Source of the DNA: Antedon mediterranea
Lineage: Eukaryota > Animalia > Echinodermata
Assembly (NCBI RefSeq): GCF_964355755.1
Contig: NC_092673.1
Coordinates: forward strand, 2,418,001-2,482,000
Direction of reading: 5' to 3'
Length of the DNA stretch: 64,000 bases
The position numbers were made by a program, and so were the translations under genes. Every line of letters starts with the position of its first letter. The stretch's first letter is position 1. The notes under the pieces are model-generated. The model did no database searches and had not been told where the DNA came from. It saw nothing but the letters and a program-made list of their open reading frames with translations. Positions 36,201 to 48,200 of this stretch are shown one piece after another.

Positions 36201-39200
36201 GGGTTAGATGTTAAGGTCCATGATCAATTGATGTTAAGGAGAAATTTGACGATGTTGAGAACAATTTGATGAAATCAAGTGTTTCTTTCCATATATAATA
36301 CCCTATAGATGTTTTATTGAGATTATGTCATGCATGAATGAATTTCCAAGTAGTCCACAAATACATATATAAATTAAAATTTGGAATACAAATTTATTCC
36401 AAGTGTCAAATCTATAGCTACTCTATCAACAACACAAACGCTGAATTTTTTTCCTTTTCATTAATTTAAAAGTAATGACTTAATATTAAAACCGCTTTAA
36501 AAAACCTACCAATGAAATGAAAGACTTCATTTTAAACATGTTTAAAATGTTTACCACTAATCAAGATTCTGAATTAGCAATTAAACCATGAATAATCTCA
36601 GTACATGACATTTACCTGAACTAATGACTCATAACGTTGATATAGGAAGAGTTGGAGACATACCAACGACAAATATGGGTTTTTTATTAGATGGAATATT
36701 CCTGTACACGTGTGTATAAACAAGGGCTCACAAAATAATCCGTAGCGAGAGATTATAAACAGATGACACAAAGTTATTGCAGGGGAATTGGGGTTGGTAG
36801 TAAAAATTGAAAATTACAGCCTCATGCTGGCTAGGGCCCTGCATATGCAATTAATATTACATTGCAACATTTTCTAGGAGTAGATTTGTGTTGAGAATTG
36901 ATTATTTATTGGTCTAGCAGTCTCAATACAAAGCACAGTTAAGATTGGCTAGGAGCGTAAAAGGAAACAAGAGTCATAGATTAATGTTTGGATTTCTATA
37001 CTTAGATAAGTGGAAGGTTGTCGACTGGACATATTTTTAAAATTAGTGAATATATTATTAAAGTTGATTAATAAATCTGACAAAAATACAACCTATTAAA
37101 ACATTCAGTGTTATTGTAATATGTGCTTTATTTGAGACAATATTATAATATTAATATTATCCACAAAAATTAGAAAACTAATACTGTTGTATTCAATATA
37201 TTTCTTTGAAGCGAATCGTCTAATAGTGGATTGTTAGGGAGAGAAAGCAACAAAAGCCGACACATAAAAGCGTTGTATACAGGATGATTAGAATCGGTGG
37301 TGGCGCTATTCATCTACAAAAGCCGAGAATTCTTCACAACTTACTTTTGGGCACATCTCACAATTACATCCCCTTTTATTCCACAATTGGCATTATCAAT
37401 TCCATCTTTATTATTTTCAAAGCATTGATATATACCAGCTGTCGATTCTGCACAATATATAAATAATGGTAAAAAATCAACATTTTTAATATTCACATAT
37501 ATTTATACAGTCAACTCCATCAAAACCGGAAACCTTTGATGAATTTTAATCGAATGAATTCTGAAGCTCTGTCTACACTATCAAACTTAATGCGACAAAA
37601 AAATGTGATATATGGACATGATGATGTCTACCATATTTGGGGATATCACGCCACCATAAATGGGCACATCACAATTTTGTTGTCAACCTAGTTTGATAGT
37701 GCATACAGAACCTAAACCATGTTACTAGGAAACAATGCATTATGGGAAGTCCAAATAATTCCAGTTTTCACAGAGTTGACTGTATATCAACTGTTTCTTC
37801 CCTATCCTAGACTTACTTTTTAGCACATTTAATGTATGTTTCGTCGTCGCCGTTTTTCACTGCACCACAATTTCCTCGAAATAATCCATTTGTATTGAAA
37901 TCATAGCATTTGTAATATGCTTGTTTTGATACTGTAAGGTAGGCAGGCATTTGTTTAAATAAACAGTAGTCAATAAATAGTATTAAAAAAGACGTCATAC
38001 ACAGCTTACAATGATAATAATTGTATTATAACATAAGCTTACAATGATAAAAATTGTATTATAACATACGAATAATAATAAACCAAAATTGAGCCTACAA
38101 AAAAGTTTTTTAGGCTAAAAAAAAAAGGAAATAATTGAAAAATGGTTTTCTTTGATAAAGAAAAATATAGTTAACACAATATCCTATTAAACAAGAATAA
38201 CCAAAAAAATCTAGATTGCTAACAAATCGAACTTTGAACTTTGAGAAGCACACTCCTATCTGCCGTGTTTATCAAGCAGAAGGTGCCGGGTTCGAATCTC
38301 TGTTGAGGTGACTTTTTTTCATTCTCAAAGATTTCCTCATCTTATCGTTTCAAATAAATTATTAAAATTTTCAGTATATTGCTGGGCAGTTTAGAATTAA
38401 TGTTCTATGCCTAATGTGTTTATATATATTTATATAAATGTGGGTTAAATGTGACTCACCGTCTCCCCATAAGGTCTTACACATGTTGTTATATGTGATA
38501 CATTGGCCATCATAACATGTAGCATCCTTCTGGTTCATGCAGCTATCACCATTCTGTATGTAGACATTCGATGGACACTGCAACACACAAAACATTTACT
38601 AAGTATGGCACATATTCAAGTGAAGCTGGGAGACCTCGCATACATATAATAGGAAGCTTTCAATTTCTGACGATTGTTTGTTATTGTGTCATTGAGCATT
38701 TCTCAAAGTCCCAGCTTGCAAACAATGAATTAAAATGACATAACTAGTACATACTAGGACCCTTAAGCATCAAACATTTTTGTGCACATTTGTCTATATA
38801 CGAACAGCATGACTTAACATCCCATTCGAAGGACGAGGCAAGAGTAAAAGATGCTACAAAAACAATTACTTACATCTTCCGATTTACCCGTACAATATTC
38901 CGGCAGGTCACACTCGTTGACCTGTGGTCGACAGAGTTCTGCAGGTGGTTTAATCTGACAGTTGTCGCAGCATTCTCCAATAGCGCATGTAGCGTTTTCA
39001 TGAAGCATACAGATCTCTGGTACGCAGCAAGGGTTGTTACAGTACTAAATGAAAAATATTTCTTTAAGCCAATATGCCTAAATATGGTAATTATATGACA
39101 TCATCATGTCAATGTATGGGCACATCACATTTTATTTTCACTTAAAATTTAATAGTGTAGACATAGCTTTAAAGGAGCTTTTAAAAGAATGGAAAAATAG

Positions 39201-42200
39201 TGCACTATCAAGGGAATTTAATTTGTATACTAAATACTTTTAATGTTTTTGCTTATCTCTTAAAATATAGGAATGTATATGTGTTTGACTGATTGATAAA
39301 AGAAGGGTTGGATGTTCCAGAAAATGCTGAGATATGTGCAGAGACATTCACCATGGAAAGAGGAAGCCAAGGATGGAGTTGCCTGACATGAGGAAGAAAA
39401 TAAAGTGAGAGGTTTATGGATGGTAGAGGAAAAAGAGAAAACAAATATTAACTTAACAAATAATTCTATCATACCTCAACGGAACCACAATCACACTCCT
39501 CTCCCTTCTCCACATAGCCATTTCCACAGATTGGTCCATCAAAGATTTCCTTAGGATAGTTGAAGAGGCAAGAGGCTAGGCCCTTCCCTAGGGAAGTCTT
39601 GAGGTATTCCTTAGTACACTCTGACCAAACAGTAGGAGGCACTGATCTGTAAATTAGATCACACGTTTTTGTTACAAGTAAACCACTCAATCTATCAGTG
39701 TAAAAAACCTTTCAATTTCATTTTTGGGCCTTCTTTTTAATGTGTGGCAGTGCACTCACTTCCAAAATGCCTTCGAATTGTGCCATTTACATGCAATATG
39801 TTGGTGAAATGCATGATGGGATAACTTAACGTCACCAGTATGAATTTTGTATATTCATTTTAAAAGCATCAGTTTTCCCAATGCTAGTGGTTCATAAGCA
39901 TGAGCACAACCCACATATTATAATTCAGTTATTATTTTATATTTGTGATACTTGTTAAAAATAAAGTTTTTTATGTGACTAATAAAACTGTAAAGAAGAC
40001 ATTTAATTACATGAAAATAGAAAATGTAAAAACATATAAACATTTAACTGAACATTTCTACAATAAAATTAACAATTAAAATAGCAGTAAAATGTATTAT
40101 ATAGCCTGTAGCAAAGCAGGTTTTGCCTAAAACATGATAAAAACAAATTAACGGTCACATTCCTCTTAACTTGTAATACACATGGTGCAACCTTGTACAC
40201 ACTCAAGATAACCCTTTAATTTTAGGTAGAATTCCATAAGTTATGTGGATCGGGTCAAAGGTTAAACAAACCAATAAAAACAAGGGACCCAATTGGATAG
40301 ACGGGTAGGCTGTAGTGAGTTAAAATCAAATTAAAAAAATGATAACTGTTATTATTTTAGAAGAAATGTTAAAGAAGGGATTTAGGAAAATGTTATTAGA
40401 GTAATAAATAATTAACTAATTTAATGAGATACAATAGTGTTATACAATAAGTAGACTTAAAATGCACTAGTAATAGAATAGAAAACAAAACACAAAACTA
40501 AATATAGTACAGGATTTACAGTGAATGTGACAGGGACAGGAGAAACTAATTATATTAATAGTATTAATACTGTTAATAAAGAGAGGTTAAAAATTAAAAC
40601 ATGACCTTTTTAAACTGGATCTCATGCATACATAATTTTTAATATAATTTCCATTGGGAAATAAATATATGATTCCCTATTTTGTCAGATTATGGTCAAA
40701 TAATAATCTTTGTCAAACAAACAAGGAGAATTTTAACATTACTGCCTATGAACCGTTTAGCCCCAAAGGTGTCCCTTTAATAGAGGTATGTATGTTGGTT
40801 TTTAAATATGATTTTCATTCTAATACATAGCTTTAAATATTTGCCACTCCTATATGTATATCTTGAAAACAAAAGGGCTGGAGTATAAGATAAAACACAA
40901 CATAAACAAAAACACGCTATTGTATTAATACTAAAGAAAAACAACGGAAAGAAGCGGAACACCAAACAGGGAAGTTTTAACAGGCAGATGTTAGTCAGCC
41001 CTTACCCCGCCGAGGGTCCCATGACACACCCCGTGGGTGCGTCACACTGGCACCCAGAAGCATCATGGTAGAACCCTAGGTTGTGCCCCATTTCATGAGA
41101 CATGGTTGATGCTACGCCTGCTGGGTCGGTGGCGTGGTCCTGTGAAATACATACAGTAATGTTATGCGTTAAGTTTAGTAGTAAGTATTATTATTTTAAT
41201 ATCTAATAAACAATTGTGATGAATTGCACTTCCTTCCGCTAGAATCTGAATCATTTCAGACTTGCAATCTTTAAATATAAAAATTGCTTTTAAACACAAA
41301 GTGTAATTTATTTCCATTTCAATTTGTTTGGGCAATATTGTCACGTGCCCATGTATGGAAGTGATATACCCAAATATGGTAGTGATATGACATCATTATG
41401 TTAATATATGGGCACATCACATTTTCATATAAAGTTTGATAGTGTAGACAGAGCTTTAGCCAACCAAGTAGACATAGTCATAGAACAATTCTGGTAGGAA
41501 ATTACGATCCATTACAATTGTTTATTTCAGTAATCTAAAAGCCTTACGATGCCACTGGTCCCATGATACAATCAATATTTTCAGCTTCCTCTGCACATTC
41601 ACATGTTGCTTCATCGTGATAAAAGCCCAGATTATGACCCATCTCGTGGCACATAGTGGAAGCTACGCCTGCTGCCTCCTCAGAGTGGTCCTAGTGGTCG
41701 TTATGGTGCAAAAGACCGCAGAGTATGGTAACATTTTGATATGTAATTGTTATACAACAGTTACGTTACAGAATACATTAAAATAGGCAATTATGTAGTC
41801 AATGCTTGTGACAGAATAAAGAAGATATGATGATGTCATTGATGATGTTAATGATGATGATGATGTCAATGATGATGTCAATGATGATGATGAAAGAGGA
41901 AGATGGCGATGATGATGATGTCAATGATGATGATGTCAATGATGATGATGATGTCAATGATGATAATGAAAGAGGAAGATGGCAATGGTGATTTAAATGA
42001 TGTTTTACTGTAAATATGAACACACTCAAGACACCAATCGTAATGCTGATGATGAAAATAATAAATAATGGGATGATGACAAGAGAAAGATGATGATGAT
42101 TAAAATGATAGTACTGTAAACATGAACACATACAATTTTGATGATGAAAATAATAATGATGATAATGATGATAAAAGAGGAAAATGATGATGATGACGAA

Positions 42201-45200
42201 AGAGGAAAATGATGATAAAAAAAGGAAAATGATGATGATGATGATGAAAGAGGAAAATGATGATGATGATGATGATGAAAGAGGAAAATGATGATGATGA
42301 TGATGATGAAAGAGGAATGGTGATGATGATGAAAGAGGAATGGTGATGAATAAAGTAATGACGAGGATAATGATGATGAAAGAGGAAAATGATGATGATG
42401 AAAGAGGAATGGTGATGAATAAAGTAATGACGAGGATAATGATGATGAAAGAGGAAAATGATGATGATGATGATGATGAATAAAGTAATGACGAGGATAA
42501 TGATGATGAAAGAGGAAAACTGTGATGATTAAAGAGGAATGGTGATGAATAAATGATGAGGAAAATGATGATGAAAGAGGAAAATGATGATGAAAGAGGA
42601 AAATGATGATGATGATGATGAAAGAGGAATGGTGATGAATAAAGTAATGACGAGGATAATAATGAGGATGAAAGAGGAAAATGATGATGATGAAAGAAGT
42701 GATGTTAATGATATACACCCTAAAACATACCTCATTGACTCCAGCTGACTTTGCTATAGAACACATTGAACCAAGGGACGCCATACCAACAGTACTACCC
42801 TCAAATGTTCGGCCACTATAAAGACAAAAATAATATATAATATTATCAAGTGTTTAAATCCTAAAACACACCTTGACTATTGGGTTTAATATTTTGTAGA
42901 AAAAAAATATTCTGATTTTTCATAAAGAATAATATAGAATTACTGTACAGTCAAATCTTGAAAAATTACAAACGCTCCCAAAACCAGATTTTTTTTTCTT
43001 TTTACCACAAAAAAAATGGCATACCAGAATTTGTGGAAAAACCAGACAACTCAGCCCTAGGATGCCTGGTATTGAGTTCAATGTATAATTGTTATTATAT
43101 CATTTGGTGGTTAGGGAGTGGAGTATGGTAGAATGAAAAATTATCAATTTCAAAGAAACAAATGAAGACTTGTACAAGAACAAATACATTGATCACATAC
43201 GTCATAAATTGAGCGTTATCATTCGGATGTTTTAAGTTATCTTTTCTCCACGCCTGAAATGCTCCCATCGTTTTAGCTGCATCTTCGTCAAAGATTATCT
43301 GATCTCCTTCGTTCCACACTGTGACGCTGGTGAGAGCAACTCGTATATTCAATGGCTTATACGTCTGTAAAATCAATTTGAAATAACACAGGATGTTCAG
43401 GAAAAGTAATACAAAAATATGCATATAAAAGTCAAATGAACAAGCTAATATTAACATGTGTAATTTCAATAACTACCCTGGAGACATATACTCTGGTATT
43501 AAAAACTACATTACATTTAAAAAGGGGAGTGCACAGTACTGTAGGCTGAAATTATTTATCTCATGCATACTCTAATCTCTTGGTGCCTATATAATATATT
43601 AACTGCATATTTTTTTCGCAAGTATTGTCAATGTACTTAGTATAAAGTACAAATTATGTCAGAGTAGGGCAAAACATCTGACCAATTACGGAAAATAAAG
43701 TTTGAAATATTGAATCATAATTGTTTACTTCACGTTTAAAAAAATATCTTATAATATCTATTCGCAATATGTGGGAATAGAAGATATTAAAAATAAGTCG
43801 GGATGGTTAAATAACAATTAGTAATTCTAATTAATTAATTAAAAATTATTATATTATTTTAAAAAAAGTATAAAGCAAGTCATCCTAAGGTCACTCATAA
43901 GCGTTGGTCTTTAGAGGCCAAGAAAATGTAAAACTATTAAACCATCAGGTTAGGCAACTTACAACATCCATTATGTTGGCAACTTTCTTACACCGTTCCT
44001 CTGTGCTCTGAACACTTCCCAGGGAAGTGAACTACAGGATAAAAAACAGACATTTACAGTTAGATTCAATCAATTTTACCTTATAAGGAATTTCATATAC
44101 TTTCTAAATAAGTTTTCTCTTTGTGTCATACTCATGTTGGGTTTCTCTTTCAAATTAAGAAACAAAAGAAGAAGCACTTTCTAATAATAATTCTGTTTTT
44201 CTTCATGTAGTATTAATGAAAGCTTATCCCGTTTGTAAATTATATTCATTGTTTGCCACTTATATATAAGCTTAGAATAAACAGAACGACTCAAGTAGGA
44301 CTTGTTTAATACACTGATGCATATTTGCATGTTGTTGAACAATATTTAACATCTGTAGGTAGACAATACGATACTATCATCAAACCACATAATTATTAAG
44401 TTCATTAAGAAAAGATGAGTACTTCAGGATTTGATTTTGTAAGCATTCTCACTACAGAATATCACCGTATGATTGATATATGCTAAGCATAGAAGACAAA
44501 AGGTAGTTTATGCACTTCATGTCATTAGCATCAAACAAATAGAAACGACTAATAAGACAGACTTGCTAACTGTCCAACCTCTATTAAAGCTCTGTCTACA
44601 CTATCAAACTTTATGTGACCAAAAAAATGTGATGTGCCCATATGGACATGATGATGTCATATTACTACCATATTTGGGCACATCACACTTTTTTCATCAA
44701 ACTAGTTTGATACTGATAGTGTCTTCTGAATTCAAAAATTTATAGTACCTCTGCATTATCAGCAACTATTGCAAGTTCAATAAACTTTGTCTCAGTAAAT
44801 GCATCTCTTTTCTGGCGACGAGGTAGCGTTTGTAGTATTTCTAGATGTTCTTCATGTTCTGGACGTTTAAATATCTCAGTATCATCTGAAAAAAACACAA
44901 ACAATGATCTTTATCTATTTTTTAAATTTATAATTTAATGACATGCTTCATTAATTTAAAAATTAATTTCACACGATTTAAAAAGTACACAACTTAACCA
45001 ATTTCCTCTAATTTTACGATGACAAAGAATAGTTGATTGAGAAAGAGGATAAAGTCAAATAAAATGATGGCAAAAAAATGCAAAGAGAAAAAAACAACAG
45101 CCAGAAAAGACAGGTTATTACCCCACATGCAAATGCCTAATCAGCTATCTCCATTAATATTCAAATATTCATAACATTATTTACCAATAAATTTCTTCTT

Positions 45201-48200
45201 TAATTGAACATCTTCTGGTTTGTAAATTAGATGATCAGTTGTCGAATCCTTGAACGGCTCAATATAAAATGTCTCAAAATCAACAACAAATATACCACTA
45301 TGGGAAAAAAAAACTTGATATTAGAAGTATTTGAGGATTTGATAGCTTTTACCAAGACTCATGTTACCTGAGGACAAGACTGCTATAGGTTTAACTGTAC
45401 TATGTCATGAATTAAAAAAATTATATGTTGTAAGCCGTTCAACGCAACGCAAACACAACGCAATGACAACGTGTTGAATGCGTTGGGATTTTTGCAATAA
45501 TTCTGTCCTGTAGTGTACTTTAAAACTGGGGGCAAGAAACACAAGGGCCAAGAAACACAAGGGCCTAGCTGGGCCTCAAAATTGTAAAATGATTATTACT
45601 TATTACATACAGATTATTTTTGGTTATTTATTCCAATATTACGACAGTTACTTAAAATATAAATATTAACATGATAGTGAAATACAAAAAAAACCACTCG
45701 TACCTCAAAAAGTAAATGCTGTCTGAATGCTAATGTAACAAATACATTAACATTACAGCATAGAATAACATTAGCAAATGTTATTAGCATACCTTATTCC
45801 TGAACATGTATCTATAGCAACAGTTGATGAATTGCTGTCTCGTACAGTACCATGATAATAACAGTGATGCTGAAAAATATATATATATAAATAAGTTAAA
45901 AAATAAATAAAAATATAAAAAATTAAGATGCCATTATAAAAATACATTTTCAAATGGAATTAATCAAAATGAATCAATGGGAAAAATTGTCATTTTCAAA
46001 TTTAAATAATACAATAAGTAGAAGGATGCTAACACCGAAAATCGAGCCTTTCTTTAAAATAGGGAGCACAAAGAAAACGGGGACTTGGAGGGTGAAAGTT
46101 TGTGCTGACCAATTGTTAGGGTTGCTACAGTACAGTATGTATGCAATAAACCACATAATAGCAAGTATCAATCATTTTTTTGGTTGTTCTTTTTTAAGAT
46201 CTACTCATAACTCCTCATTACGCTTCCTGTCATGTTTTCCTTTTGGTTCCTCAGGGTCTAAGTCATCAAATTTAATATTAAATTCTATTACCATAATTTT
46301 ATTATGAACTACTGTAATACTAATATTAATAGCACTAAATTATGTTCATTTTACATACCTTATTGTTTAAGCGTGGTTCCCACTAGCGACGCAACGCAAG
46401 GACGTAACGCAACGCAAGTGAATTGACCAATCACAAGCGATGGCTTATTCGCTTGTGATTGCTAACTTTCTATAACTTCGCTTGTCATTGGTTAAAACGC
46501 TTGCGTTGCGTTTACGTCCTTGCGTTACGTTCTAGTGGGAACCAAGCTTTAGGGAGGGGTTGGGTGGGGGAGGGATAAGGAGGAGAGAGGTGGGTGTAGC
46601 AGCTTGAAGGCCAATTTACATAGACGAGCAGTAAAACAGTAAAAAAAAAAAAATAAATAAATAAATATATAGAATCATAGATACAAATTTTTAGGATTCT
46701 AATTAAATAGTGAAATGATTTCTTTTCCTTATAAAATCAATTTCACGACATATAAGAAGTAGGTTAAATTAACAAAATTATATTACGGAAATAACCTTGA
46801 CAAATAACACCATACTTAATTTCATGATCACAATATAACCATTAATTTTTATTTAATAAATCATTTATTATTCAACGATCAGTTACTTTGAAGAAAGAAT
46901 TCTGAATTCTTTCACAGAAGTCTGCTTGATGATGTAATACATTAGCCAATCAATAATCAATGTAAATAGTTGCAACCTGTTTCCATGGTGATTTGGGAGT
47001 TTCAATATTTAAAGTAAACAGAGAATACTGTAAGGAGTGTAAGGGCCTGTTTGTATTTAGCAAGAAAGAATGATAATGAAAACATTTCTTCTGGTTTCGA
47101 TTCGTATAATGATTATAAGAAGGAATGATATTTGAAAATGGGTCCTTTTTATAATCTTATTTCGATGGTTAAAACCGGAAAGAAGAGAAGGAGAAACAGT
47201 TTCCAAGAAGCAATATTTAGCTGCAACGCAATCATGGTTTTAACTTGACATCACTGCAAAAGGTCACTGAAAGGTCCGAAAATTTGAATACTGTTTGTGG
47301 GTCACCAAATAAGAAAGTTTTATTTTGAGTAAACAATTTGATATTCAGTTTGTGACATTAACAAACAACTGGTTTCGAAAAAAAAAAAAACTGTTCATAA
47401 AATATCCAAGACGACTTTTCTGGTCGGTAGTACTGTATACCATAACAAACTATACAGTAGTAAGGAGATAAACATAGGTCAAAATTGCAGAAAACAATTT
47501 GCCTTAAACATTAATTAATAATTATGATTTCATAATAGTATATTCTTCTTATTAAGCCATAATTTTTGTAAAAATAGCGCATTTAATGAGCCTACTGTAG
47601 ACTCCCCTGGTAAACCAAACATTTCAAAATCAAGGCCAAAACATGGCATTTAAATCACAGTATACACATTGGAAACAAGCTATTTCCTTTCATCTTCCTC
47701 ATGAGCTGGCCATACACGGATGACCTCTTTAGAGTTCAACAAATAATTCCGCATGTTTTTGTGCAATTGACATTTTTATTCGTTTCCAGTGATTGAATCT
47801 AAAACATAAAATATATACAGAAAGTCTACAACAATAACGATAACATAACATGAAGATGAAAAGTTGTTGATAATAAAACTATGTGTAGACTATCAGTATT
47901 CAAACTTTACAATGTGTGTAGATGTTTGTGTTTGTTAAACCTGTAACACAGTCTATTGAATTGTAACAGTTAAATCTATTACAATGCTTAATACAATTCC
48001 TCTGCAAGTTTCAGTCTTGAAAATAACCTTGAAAATATAATCATTTTCCAAAAAGTTGCAAATAATACAAGCAATACAGGTAGTTGTACAATATTTCATA
48101 ACAGACAAGAAAGAAAAAATGTTTCAGTCTAATTGTCGAAATAGGTTAAGAAATAGTTATAAATTTAAAGTGTACAACCTTTTAGCCATTCATTTGGTAA

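Noticed and set aside
36615-36701. Exon-like segment on - (cag|GAATATT...CAG|gtaaat) as a third Cys-rich variant
   Set aside because: It has no conserved Cys pattern, its phases do not fit, and the phase-2 frame hits a stop.
41006-41690. Duplicate catalytic exons as an assembly artefact or a second ADAM gene
   Set aside because: The copies differ in length and at most synonymous sites, their flanking introns are unrelated, and no other exons are duplicated apart from the separate Cys-rich pair.
41799-42784. His/Ser/Ile-rich 252-aa and 110-aa ORFs on -
   Set aside because: These are read-through from the real exon 42815-42731 past its GT donor into the (GAT)n microsatellite, or lie within that repeat.
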